From Macrostomum lignano (Eukaryota): DNA of 64,000 nt. The position numbers and the translations under genes are program-made. Location: assembly GCA_002269645.1 (NCBI GenBank), contig NIVC01000628.1:248001-312000 (forward strand). Direction: 5' to 3'. The notes under the pieces were generated by a model. That model searched no databases and was not told the origin of the DNA. It saw nothing but the letters and a program-made list of their open reading frames with translations. Shown here in pieces: positions 1-11,525 of this stretch (positions within the stretch are counted from its first letter, which is position 1; every line of letters starts with the position of its first letter).

Positions 1-2
1 GC

Positions 3-377
3 CCCGACCAGTGCAGCCGAGTGCGCTACCGGGCGACCATCAGCGCCTCGGGCTGGCCCACGGCTGTGACATCCACCAGGCTTCTGCACCGTCTTGCTAG
101 TCGCCACCTGGTGCCAAGCAAACTGATGCGCCGATTATCCCGCGGTCAGCAGAGACAGTTTATCCAGCAGAATGCTTTGGCCGCCTCTGTCTACGTGGAG
201 GAGCTTCGAATTCGCTTTAGCCGACAGGAGAGCTCCTACGGCCTTGCCGACCTGCTGTCTGACATCGGTGGCCAAGGTGGCCTTTGGCTTGGCGTCAGCT
301 TTTTAACTGTTTGCGAACTACTCGAAATGCTGGCCAAACTTTTCCAACTCTGCTGCTGTGGTTTCTGGGCTCGGTGA
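3..377 (+). CDS. DEG/ENaC (ASIC/FaNaC-like) sodium channel subunit, terminal coding exon (5' part lies outside the window)
   Basis: Frame is open from nt 3: PDQCSRVRYRATISASGWP...ASVYVEELRIRFSRQESSYGLADLLSDIGGQGGLWLGVSFLTVCELLE, stop TGA at 375-377. Matches the DEG/ENaC pre-TM2/TM2 signature (LLxDIGGQxGLxxGxS, with GxS selectivity filter). AATAAA at 655-660. Confidence 0.93.
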   Translation, partial: PDQCSRVRYRATISASGWPTAVTSTRLLHRLASRHLVPSKLMRRLSRGQQRQFIQQNALAASVYVEELRIRFSRQESSYGLADLLSDIGGQGGLWLGVSFLTVCELLEMLAKLFQLCCCGFWAR

Positions 378-1497
378 AGCTATTTTTGACCCAACAAGTA
401 AAAATTTAGAGGGAAGGTGTTCACGCACGAGCTTAATTGTTTTGCATAGAGAAGTGATTAAAACTATTTTACAAAAACCACAGGGAGGAATTGCACAAAC
501 TATACTATAACTATAATGTTGAGAGTAATAGGCGTTGCTAAGCGGGCTGTCGGATTAAACAAGGCTTCCTGATTATATAGGTTAAAGAGGAGTGTGCTAG
601 CAATTAGGAATAGAGCAGATCCTTTTGTCTGGAATTTATAAGCTATTCTCAATTAATAAAAACCCGTTTTAGACAGCATGAAATCAAAAAATATAGGACT
701 GGTGCCAATTGATTCACAATCGTTTATTTAATTCATCAGCCAGCCACTGATTGCTGACTTGAGGACAAATCGGACAGATTCCCAAAGTTGCACAATATTG
801 AAAGTTACAAACGCGAATTCAGTCATTTTAGAAATGACGTAATTAGAAAAGTTCATTTCGTTTTTTAGTTGCAACCTAAATTATAAATCATCTCAAGTGA
901 CAGGTTTAAAACTTTTAAGTAGGTAAAGCATTTTTTTATTTGGAGAAATAAATGACATAATCATATAAAAAATATCCTAAATTTGTTCTTATTTAATAAC
1001 GGAATAATTACGGACAATTTTGTATTATCGAGCCCCGAAAACTTCCAATATTTTACTTCAAGTTATTGTATTTCTAGATCGTCTTGAGTCTAGTAGTGAT
1101 TATTTTAAGTAACATATAGGATTTTAAAAAAAATTGGCTTTATGTTTATTAAATGGAAATTTGAATCTACTTCCTAATTATCTTGTATCATAATTGTAAC
1201 ACTGCTTTGTCTTTACATAAAAATTTTTAGTTAATATATGTAACTTTCTTCTGTTTGATTCTTTCATTATGATTAATATTGTCTATTAAAATTGATAAAG
1301 TATCAGCCTGCTCAATTTAAAAATGTGTTTACTGGCCTGAGCAAAAGGCTACTTCTACTACTACATGGCTAGTACTATTGTTGTGCTGTATATTTATTAT
1401 TAACATTAAATATCTTTATTTATATGAAATATACAAGTTACATTAATAATATATAATATAGAAATTATTGAAGCTTGGTAATATAACTGTCTTATTC

Positions 1498-1596
1498 GGT
1501 TTAGCAGGCCGCCAAGAACCACCAATATTAGGGCCCTTCAAAGTAAAGAATTCTAAAACAGCAAGTGTGCAGCTGCATGCTAAAGAAAATTGGGCA
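1498..1596. repeat. Dispersed repeat, copy 1 (copy 2 at 10039-10110)
   Basis: GGTTTAGCAGGCCGCCAAGAACCACCAATATTAGGGC (37 bp) is identical at 1498-1534 and 10039-10075. It is followed in both copies by shared blocks TAAAACAGCAAG and GCTAAAGAAAATTGG. Confidence 0.8.
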
Positions 1597-1608
1597 AAGT
1601 CCTACTTT

Positions 1609-1983
1609 GCTGCGTTAAATTATTTTGACGATAAAAAGTTAAAATCACGCTAATTAGAGTTACAGTTACACTGGAGTAGAGTTAGGAGAGTAGTTAGAAG
1701 GACGTAGGCCCATGTTAGCAATTAATAGTAGTGAGCAACCCAGTACATGAAGTTGCCGAATGTCTTCTCCGGGAAGAGGCGGCGCCAGAGGAACTCATTC
1801 AGGTGAGTCTCGAACAGTGCATCACTCGTGCCATGCATCCTTCGGAATTTGTCCTTGACATGTGCCCACGATCCCTCAATGGTGTTGGTGTGCACGGTGG
1901 GGTCGTTAGGGTCGACAAAGTGCAGATGGTGGTTCACCAATGGCATAAATGAAAAAAAAGAGGTCAAAATAATTTAACGCAGC
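1609..1983 (-). mobile_element. Merlin/IS1595-family DNA transposon, non-autonomous internal-deletion derivative (375 bp)
   Basis: Perfect 21-bp inverted repeat GCTGCGTTAAATTATTTTGAC at 1609-1629 and 1963-1983 encloses a transposase C-terminal fragment. No 8-9 bp TSD is visible. Confidence 0.75.
1722..1940 (-). pseudogene. Merlin/ISXO2-like DDE transposase C-terminal fragment
   Basis: LVNHHLHFVDPNDPTVHTNTIEGSWAHVKDKFRRMHGTSDALFETHLNEFLWRR matches the IS1595/Merlin motifs VNH..FVDP...HTNxIExxW and LxEFxWR. The N-terminal part with the two catalytic Asp residues is absent. Confidence 0.85.
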
Positions 1984-2882
1984 TTTGGGATCTAACGACT
2001 CTTTGGGACTTTGGGTCAGTGGCAGATCTAGAATTTCATTTGGATTGGAAGGGGGTAATCCAAGTTTGGGATGCCAACATGAGTATAAGAGGCACCAATT
2101 TGTATGCTAAAGGCATAAAAAATGTGTATAGAGGGCAAAAATCAAGTTTAAAGGTGTAAAAATTTGTGTAAAAGGCAAAAAATCAAAGTTTAAAAGGCAC
2201 AAACTTTGGCATAAGTTTAAAGGTTTTTAGGGGGTGTAATATGTTCTATCAAGTTGTTTTAGGTGGGACAGCTGCCCCCCCCCCCTAAATCTATCTCTGC
2301 CTCTATCTCTGTCTATAATGTATAAGTATATTTTAAGGGCCAAATAATGAATTTAGCTCATGCTTACTTATGGCTAAATAAGAAAAAAGAAATAAAGGCA
2401 AAAATAGAAAAAGATGTTAAATTTAATAAACTGGTCATAGGCAAAAAAGAAAGAAAATGATAAAGAATGATCTAAAAGACAAACTAAAACTAAAAGATAA
2501 AAAGATAAAAGAAAAATAAGAGAAAAACAAGATCAAATTCAGGTAAAATAGCTCATTGGATAAAAAGTAAAAGAAGAATAAAAGAATCAACATATATCAA
2601 CTAACAAATTTAATATTCCTTTATTCTATTGCTAATGGATTTTTTCCACTATGGACATTTTTAGGAATAGTAAAATTTATTAACAGATAAACAAAATTGT
2701 TTATATATATATATATTGATTTGAGACAATGTTAACATTTAAAATAAATACTAAAATATATAGTATAGCAAGGTACAAAGAATTTAGGTGGAAAGGTATA
2801 CTTTAGAAAAAATAGATCCAATTTGCTATCTGGAGTCCAAGCATAAGATTCCAAATTCAAGTTAATATATCTTAGCATATAT

Positions 2883-3236
2883 CAGAGGTCCCCAACCTGT
2901 GGTCCACAGCAACTTCCAATAGTTTGCATTATATGCTGTCACTATATTTCACTGTGCCCTCCCCAAAAATGTTATACGGCTCCCAAAAATATATGCAACC
3001 CCCAAAAATTTGGATTACTATTTTAGCCATTCCTAGCATACAAATGGACATGCAGTCAAGAGCAAAAGTGAAAAGTAGGAAGGAATGCTGGCTAATATCA
3101 ATAAAAATCATGGCAAATGAGGTGGGGATTAGAAGGTTAAAAGGGTTGGGGAGTAGGAAGGGAGGGGGAGGCATGCAGCCCACAGACCCCAAGCCAGTTG
3201 TCAATGCAGCCTGTCACCTATAGAAGGGGGACCCCT
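2883..3236. mobile_element. Possible decayed hAT-like MITE
   Basis: Ends CAGAGGTCCCCAACCT...AGAAGGGGACCCCTA form an imperfect inverted repeat like hAT-MITE termini. The 8-bp flanks match only 5/8 (GCATATAT vs GCATACGA). Confidence 0.3.
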
Positions 3237-4900
3237 AGCATACGAGTGAAACAAACTGTAGTGTCCATGTGTGGTTTATAAAATTAAATAAATCATAGCA
3301 ACTTTATTATAAGATTTGTACAATAGTGGATTTAGAGGGAGGCACACAGGGCATGTGCAGTGCATCCCCATTAAGTTTGAATTTATATATTTTTTCTATG
3401 GGTAATATGCATTATCATGTACATATATATGTACCTTAGTAATCTGCACCCTCCTCTCATTCAAAGTTTTCTGGTTCTGCACCTGAATTTGTATTCTATT
3501 CATAATGATTTGCATGTTTGTATGCTCCAAAGAGGGTAGAAAATCTTGAGAAAATATGTGCTTAATAGGGAACACTTTCCGTTTTATCTTGTTTTTCTAG
3601 ATAGACAAGACAAAGATAAACAGTTTCTCGTCACTACTTATAGTAGTGTGATAACGAGCCAATGTTATATTTATACTTTTTATTAACTTGAGATGCTATA
3701 AATTAGGAATAATAGTGATTGCGGTTAGTTCGTTTTAAAAAAAGCCAAAAAAACTACTCAGATATTGATGTCTTATCCACAATTAGCAAAGCAAGAAAAT
3801 GGTTCACTCTAGTTTAAAAACTCTGATGCAATCACAATGACTTTCCTTCTCTTCCCTCTCTTTGTTCCCCTCATTATTCTTTTCGAGTTCCCCATTCAAC
3901 TGTCAATCATTGGCTGCCGCTCCCGCATATCTGCAGTAGCGCTTGATTCCCATTGGCTGCCAAACCCTGCAGTTTGAGCATTGAGCTGATTTGCAGAGTT
4001 TGCTATTAATAGGGCTGGATATAAGTGAATATAATAGATACGTAGGTTTGCTTTTGTAATAATTCAGTCTAAGTCTATTCTGGTTCGGTGTTGCCATGCT
4101 GTTTAATCAAGCCAGTCGCTTCCTGCTTGGCATTGACAACGAATCGTCTCCTTATTCTTTATCAACAACGACTCTACCGTTGTCTCGTGTGTCGGCTCTC
4201 GATTTTAAATTGCAACAATATGTGTATTATCAGTTATACGCTTCTATGGTGAGTAGTGCGATGTCTGTGCTTTCAGATGTCTATGGCCTAACCCATCCTA
4301 TAGACTAAGAGTCTGTGTTTGCTTTTACCAGTACCGATAAACAACCTGAAACTCGAACACAACAATATGAGTAGCATCTGGTACTATAATAACTGCGAGA
4401 GCTGAATTACAAAGTTATTCATTATTAAGCTTAAGAGTTTTGAGCTTCTATACAACTAAATGCTATCGATACAGTGCATACAATGGAATTTTATATCTTA
4501 ACATGAGTTAGTCTGAGAAAGTGACGCTTTTGGGGGAGGTGGGTTCGTATCGTTTTTTTTGTTAACCTGTGTGCAACTGCATCTAAACTTGGTTCTGAAC
4601 TAGGCATGGCGTGTCTTGTATGTATGCTGCATGTTGTGATAGGGCGCACACGCAGAATACATTTCATTGGGGGGGGGGCGCACTTTCTCTCAATCCGCCG
4701 CCGCCCGCCACCGCGCCTCTCTCTCTCCCTTCTATTTCCTTCGTTATGCATTACCATCATCGTGTGTATATAAATGTTGCCGCAAAGAAATAGAAGAGAG
4801 AGAGACTTAAGTTCGTTCCTAGGGTTTTTTGGCATCGTTTCGTGTTTTTGCTTTTGTGTACGCTATGATTTGTACTGCGACAGAGTTTCCTTTTATTGAG

Positions 4901-4972
4901 GTAAACAATTCAGTTGTGGGACATTTAATGTGAATGTCATTATCATGATTAATTAGCATCGCGTATTTCCAG
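4901..4972 (+). other. Putative short 5'UTR intron of the His-Me-finger gene
   Basis: GAG|GTAAAC donor at 4901 and TATTTCCAG|ATG acceptor directly before the start codon at 4973. Confidence 0.45.
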
Positions 4973-5323
4973 ATGGGCGCATCCTATACGCAGCAGCAGC
5001 CACCGCCTGACCTGCTGGCGTCATCTGCGCCATTGCCTTCGGCGGCTTCCGCCTCTGCTGGCCCGGCGGCGTCCACTGCTGCTGCGGCGGCAGCATCGGG
5101 GACATCGCACCATCACATTCAGCAGCAGCGGCGCAAGGCCTCCTGCCCGAAGCTAGGCGAGAACATCGTGATGCTGATCTGCCTAAGCCGGGTGCGCCGG
5201 ATGGGCGGCCGCTGGTACAGGGCCGTGTCTCACATGCGAACTGGGAAGAGGAAAAAGGAGAAAAAGCGACCGTATAGGCCGGCTGATTTTGATCGGATGA
5301 CCGAGGCGTCTAATGCGGCTATG
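4973..5323 (+). CDS. His-Me-finger/His-Cys-box domain protein (about 851 aa), coding exon 1
   Basis: ATG after acceptor; MGASYTQQQ...KLGENIVMLICLSRVRRMGGRWYRAVSHMRTGKRKKEKKRPY...SNAAM; donor ATG|GTGAGC at 5324, phase 0. Confidence 0.75.
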
Positions 5324-5465
5324 GTGAGCTGCGGTCTGGCTTATGCATACTGCATTTGTATAGCACTAGTTACTATAACGCTGAAATTCTGCTACATTCT
5401 GGTACTTGCTGGTTAATCATGGAGAATCGGCCTCTTAGTTACATAGAAAGCGCTCCCGTAGTAAC

Positions 5466-5879
5466 TTGGAAAATCGCCGTCCTAATCACTGGAAAACCGC
5501 TCTCCTAATCACTGGAAAATCGCTCTTCTAATCACTGGAAAATCGCCTTCTTAATCACTGGAAAATCGCCTTCCTAATCACTGGAAAATCGCTCTCCTAA
5601 TGACAGGAAAATCGCCCTCCTAATCACTGGAAAATCGCCCTCCTAATCACTGGAAAATCGTCTTCCTAATCACTGGAAAATCGCTCTTCTAATCACTGGA
5701 AAATCGCTCTTCTATTCACTGGAAAATCGCTCTCCTATCACTGGAAAATCGCCTTCCTAATCACAGGAAAAACGCCTTCCTAATCACAGGAAAACCTCCT
5801 TCCTAATCACAGGAAAACCGCCTTCCTAATCACAGGAAAAACGCCTTCCTAATCACTGGAAAATCGCCTTCCTAATCAC
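5466..5879. repeat. 23-bp minisatellite (CTAATCACTGGAAAATCGCCTTC)n, intronic
   Basis: About 18 tandem units read directly. Confidence 0.95.
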
Positions 5880-5920
5880 CCTCCAAAACACCTTTAAATT
5901 CATCATCGCGCAGCCTTCAG

Positions 5921-6440
5921 TTGATCCCGATTCCCGACCCGAACTCGCCGCAGGACATGTCCGAGACGGACCTGGCCGAGATCGTTGCCAACCTATTAAA
6001 AAAGGTATTCAAAGAGATTCAAGACGATTGCCGCGAGGCGTTCGTTCGAGCCTGGCTACGCGAAGACGACACCCGCTGCGTGCTGACCGTGCCGGACGGC
6101 AAGGGCAAGATGAAGCGAATTGACGGATTGCGCGGCTCAGACAAGGTCTGGCGGCTCGACACCTTAGTTGCTATGCTGTACCACGGCGTACCTATGGACA
6201 GCACCGATACGGGACTTCTAGTGCACAGGTGCGAAGATGAATTGTGCGTTAATCCGCGTCATCTCAGCTTCCAATGCAGCCCGGCTATGATGGCCGTTGC
6301 CATGGAGATGCTGCACGTTGCCGGCTACGACGTGACGCCCAGGCTGGCGGCTGCCGCGGCTGCCGACCCGTCCGGTAACGGGCGCTACTTTCAATTCACC
6401 TCGCCCTTCACAGTGGACGTCATCCGGCGGGAGATGAGCG
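5921..6440 (+). CDS. His-Me-finger/His-Cys-box domain protein, coding exon 2 (contains HRCEDELCVNPRHL zinc-binding loop)
   Basis: Acceptor GCCTTCAG|TTG, phase 0 matching exon 1; donor AGCG|GTGAGT at 6441, phase 1. HxCxxxxCxNPxHL motif at 6224-6265 plus an upstream Cys in DTRCVL. Confidence 0.88.
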
Positions 6441-6472
6441 GTGAGTTGAAGCCATTGCTTAATCCTCAAGTC

Positions 6473-7552
6473 CCTCAGTGAGGCCACCGGCTTCCCTCAG
6501 GCCCCTCAGTGAGGCCTCCGGTTTCCCTCAGACCCCTCAGTGAGGCCTCCGGCTTCCCTCAGACCCCTCAGTGAGGCCTCCGGCTTCCCTCAGACCCCTC
6601 AGTGAGGCCTCCGGCTTCCCTCAGACCCCTCAGTGACGCCACCGGCTTCCCTCAGACCCCTCAGTGAGGCCTCCGGCTTCCCTCAGACCCCTCAGTGAGG
6701 CCTCCGGCTTCCCTCAGACCCCTCAGTGAGGCTACCGGCTTCCCTCAGACCCCTCAGTGAGGCCTCCGGCTTCCCTCAGACCCTCAGTGAGGCTACCGGC
6801 TTCCCTCAGACCCCTCAGTGAGGCTACCGGCTTCCCTCAGACCCCTCAGTGAGGCCTCCGGCTTCTTTCAGACCCCTCAGTGAGGCCACCGGCTTCCCTC
6901 AGACCCCTCAGTGAGGCCTCCGGCTTCCCTCAGACCCTCAGTGAGGCCTCCGGCTTCCCTCAGACCCCTCAGTGAGGCCACCGGCTTCCCTCAGACCCCT
7001 CAGTGAGGCCTCCGGCTTCCCTCAGACCCTCAGTGAGGCCTCCGGCTTCCGTCAGACCCCTCAGTGAGGCCACCGGCTTCCCTCAGACCCCTCAGTGAGG
7101 CCACCGGCTTCCCTCAGACCCCTCAGTGAGGCCTCCGGCTTCCCTCAGACCCTCAGTGAGGCCTCCGGCTTCCCTCAGACCCCTCAGTGAGGCTACCGGC
7201 TTCCCTCAGACCCTCAGTGAGGCCTCCGGCTTCCCTCAGACCCTCAGTGAGGCCTCCGGCTTCCCCCAGACCCCTCAGTGAGGCCTCCGGCTTCCCTCAG
7301 ACCCCTCAGTGAGGCCACCGGCTTCCCTCAGACCCCTCAGTGAGGCCTCCGGCTTCCGTCAGACCCCTCAGTGAGGCCTCCGGCTTCCCTCAGACCCCTC
7401 AGTGAGGCCACCGGCTTCCCTCAGACCCCTCAGTGAGGCCACCGGCTTCCCTCAGACCCCTCAGTGAGGCCTCCGGCTTCCGTCAGACCCCTCAGTGAGG
7501 CCTCCGGCTTCCGTCAGACCCATCAGTGAGGCCTCCGGCTTCCCTCAGACCC
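6473..7552. repeat. 30-31-bp minisatellite (CAGTGAGGCCTCCGGCTTCCCTCAGACCCCT)n, intronic
   Basis: About 35 near-identical units starting about 30 nt after the donor. Confidence 0.97.
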
Positions 7553-8310
7553 TAAACCCGAATTCTGCATTGTCACAGTATTAACACTACATGTATACGC
7601 GTCCTTAGCCAAATTTATAGCAAAGGAGTGTAGGACTCTCGCTTTTATTCTTTGTTATAAATCATTGGCTATAGCGTGTGAACTAGCGGCACACCAAGGG
7701 GTGACAGGCATTGTGCTTAGGAAAAGCGCATACTCAAAAGGGTAGGCTAGGTAACTTTTTTTAGAAAAAATACCTGACGCTAGCATTTCAGCAGGTGTAA
7801 TATAACCGCCGCTAACGTTTCTATAGGCGGTATAAACACACAATTCCTGTTATTGCGGAACGGTTTGACTGTGTGGGTGAGGTGCGAGTTTAGCAGCTTT
7901 TTTAAGACTGTCGCATACCTGGCTCACTCGCGCCTTTCTCACTTGATTGACCTCTGCCCCCCTTCTTCCATTCCCCGCTCCCGACTTCATTGACCTCCCT
8001 ATAGCTGGCCTGCAGGTCAAGACTCGAGTCAAATATTTTTATTGCTTTATCTTTTTTGTTCGTTTGCCACAGCTTTAACCGAAGGTATTAGCGCGGTTAA
8101 CAATGCTTGGGTAGTTTTTTTGCATAGCGGCCTCTTTATTCGAATCTTACTCTATCGATTTTTTTCTTCTCTCTCTTTGTCCCCATTGTGCTCCCATGCC
8201 CAGGTTTAATTGAACTTTCTCTGAGGGGATTTCAGCCGGCCGTTTCTGAGTAACTAACTCATCTTTGTTCCCATTTCTAAGCGGACTAATCTGTTGAAGC
8301 TTTCAGTCTC

Positions 8311-10045
8311 TTTAAACACCGAGTTTAGCACCATTTAAAACACTGAGTTTAGTGCCCCCCAAACACAGTTTATCACCCTTTAAACACGGAGTTTAGCGCC
8401 CTTTTAACAGAGTTTAGCGCCATTTAAACACCGAGTTTAGCGCATTTTAAACACTGCGTTAAACACCCTTTAAACACCGAGTTTAGCGCATTTTAAACAC
8501 TGCGTTAAACACCCTTTAAACACCGAGTTTAGCACCATTTTAGACACTGAGTTTAGTGCCCTCCAAACACAGTTTATCACCCTTTAAACACCGAGTTTAG
8601 CACCATTTTAAACACTGAGTTTAGTGCCCTCCAAACACAGTTTATCACCCTTTAAACACCGAGTTTAGCACCATTTTAAACACTGAGTTTAGTGCCCTCC
8701 AAACACAGTTTATCACCCTTTAAACACCGAGTTTAGCGCCCTTTAAACAGAGTTTAGCGCCATTTAAACACCGAGTTTAGCGCATTTTAAACACTGCGTT
8801 AAACACCCTTACAACACCGAGTTTAGCACCATTTTAGACACTGAGTTTAGTGCCCTCCAAACACAGTTTATCACCCTTTAAACACGGAGTTTAGCGCCCT
8901 TTAAACGGAGTTTAGCGCCATTTAAACACCGAGTTTAGCGCATTTTAAACACTGCGTTAAACACCCTTTAAACACCGAGTTTAGCGCATTTTAAACACTG
9001 CGTTAAACACCCTTTAAACACCGAGTTTAGCACCATTTTAGACACTGAGTTTAGTGCCCTCCAAACACAGTTTATCACCCTTTAAACACGGAGTTTAGCG
9101 CCCTTTTAACAGAGTTTAGCGCCCTTTAAACAGAGTTTAGCGCCCTTTAAACAGAGTTTAGCGCCCTTTAAACAGAGTTTAGCGCCATTTAAACACCGAG
9201 TTTAGCGCATTTTAAACACTGCGTTAAACACCCTTTAAACACCGAGTTTAGCACCATTTTAAACACTGAGTTTAGTGCCCTCCAAACACAGTTTATCACC
9301 CTTTAAACATGGAGTTTAGCGCCCTTTAAACAGAGTTTAGCGCCATTTAAACACCGAGTTTAGCGCATTTTAAACACTTCGTTAAACACCCTTTAAACAC
9401 CGAGTTTAGCGCATTTTAAACAGTGCGTTAAACACCCTTTAAACACCGAGTTTAGCACCATTTTAGACACTGAGTTTAGTGCCCTCCAAACACAGTTTAT
9501 CACCCTTTTAACACGGAGTTTAGCGCCCTTTAAACACGGAGTTTAGCGCCCTTTAAACAGAGTTTAGCGCCCTTTAAACAGAGTTTAGCGCCCTTTAAAC
9601 AGAGTTTAGCGCCCTTTAAACAGAGTTTAGCGCCCTTTAAACAGAGTTTAGCGCCCTTTAAACAGAGTTTAGCGCCCTTTAAACAGAGTTTAGCGCCCTT
9701 TAAACAGAGTTTAGCGCCCTTTAAACAGAGTTTAGCGCCCTTTAAACAGAGTTTAGCGCCCTTTAAACGGAGTTTAGCGCCCTTTAAACAGAGTTTAGCG
9801 CCATTTAAACACTGAGTTTAGTGCCCTCCAAACACAGTTTATCACCCTTTAAACATGGAGTTTAGCGCCCTTTAAACAGAGTTTAGCGCCCTTTAAACAG
9901 AGTTTAGCGCCCTTTAAACGGAGTTTAGCGCCCTTTAAACAGAGTTTAGCGCCATTTAAACACCGAGTTTAGCGCTCTTTAAACACAGAATTTAGTGCCT
10001 ATTTAAACCAATAGTGTAGCACCCTTTTTCAACACCCGGGTTTAG
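8311..10045. repeat. 21-24-bp minisatellite (core GAGTTTAGCGCCCTTTAAACA) with higher-order structure
   Basis: Ordered recurring monomer variants, then a homogeneous monomer run at about 9540-9780. Confidence 0.95.
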
Positions 10046-10110
10046 CAGGCCGCCAAGAACCACCAATATTAGGGCTTATAAAACAGCAAGCGTGCTAAAG
10101 AAAATTGGCC
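10039..10110. repeat. Dispersed repeat, copy 2
   Basis: 37-bp identity to 1498-1534 plus shared downstream blocks. Confidence 0.8.
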
Positions 10111-10602
10111 AATATTATAGTGCTGACTGGCCATTTTCCTAGCTCTGTATTTCTGCGCCACCCCTCCCCCCCCCGCGGCTGACCCCCATGACTTGGCTGG
10201 CCACGCTGGCTGCATGACAAACCAAATATGGAAGGCAGTTATAGAAAAGCAGCTTGGATGTAGAAAATGGGTTAGTGCAGACTCCCAGTGTCAGTTATCA
10301 CTTGCCCCCTTAACTGGACTGTTTCCTGGCAACTGCGTTTTGCAAAGCCTGATATTGCGCGTGCATATTGCACTACTGTATCTGCATGCTGAATTCTTAT
10401 CTATGCTGGTTTGAAACCTGATGGCTTAAAATATATTATATACAATTTCTACCTGACATTAGTCTGACACAAGGATATCGTTTAAGGGTATTTTGGGATA
10501 CGCAGGTTTCTATTGCATAGCAGATATTGTAGCTTGATTGAATTGCATCTTAAGTATAAAAATATCGTATGAAAATTTTTACTATCAAACTTCCTTCCTT
10601 AA

Positions 10603-11200
10603 AAATCTTACCAATCTCACGCTGTGAATCTCCCTTGTCTCACTAAGAATCTCACCAATCTCATGCTAAGAATCTCACCAATCTCATGCTAAGAATCTCC
10701 CCAATCTCACGCTAAGAATCTCCCCGATCTCACGCTAAGAATCTCCCCGATCTCACGCTATGAATCTCCCAATCTCACGCTGTGAATCTCCCAATCTCAC
10801 GCTATGAATCTCCCTAATCTCGCGCTGTGAATCTCCCTAATCTCACGCTGATAATCTCCCCAATGTCACGCTATGAATCCCCAATGTCACGCTGTGAATC
10901 TCCCCAATCTCACGCTATGAATCTCCCCAATATCACGCTGTGAATCTCCCTTGCCTCATTGAGAATCTCCCTTGCCTCACTGAGAATCTCCCCAATCTCA
11001 CGCTGAGAATCTCACCAATCTCACCAATCTCACGGTGAGAATCTCACCAATCTCACGGTGAGAATCTCACCAATCTCACGGTGAGAATCTCACCAATATC
11101 ACGGTGAGAATCTCACCAATCTCACGCTGAGAATCTCCCCAATCTCACGCTGAGAATCTCCTTTACCTCACTGAGAATCGCCTTCATCTCACCAAAATCT
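10603..11200. repeat. About 22-bp degenerate minisatellite (AATCTCACCAATCTCACGCTGAG)n, intronic
   Basis: Tandem units read directly. Confidence 0.9.
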
Positions 11201-11260
11201 TACCAGTACCTCACTGACATCGCCCAGACGCCTTCACCCTACACCCCACCCCAATTCCAG

Positions 11261-11482
11261 AGTCCATGGCGCTGCCGAGGTCGGTGCTGGACCGCTATCA
11301 ACTATCAACCGACGACGCGGCCTACGTGCAGGACAATTTTCCGGAGACCATGTCCACCTACAGGCGGCTGCTTGCAGGCGACGGCGGCGGCGGCAGCTCC
11401 GGCTCCGTCAGCAGAGCTTCAACTGTCGGCGCTGCCGGATCAGATGTCAGCAGTACTGCAGGCATCGGTGGATCTGTACAGC

Positions 11483-11525
<43 letters not shown>

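Noticed and set aside
2015-2300. Possible MITE with CAGTGGCAGATCTA / TAAATCTATCTCTG ends, and a similar segment at about 3325-3485
   Set aside because: The inverted repeats are too degenerate and there is no TSD; insufficient support.
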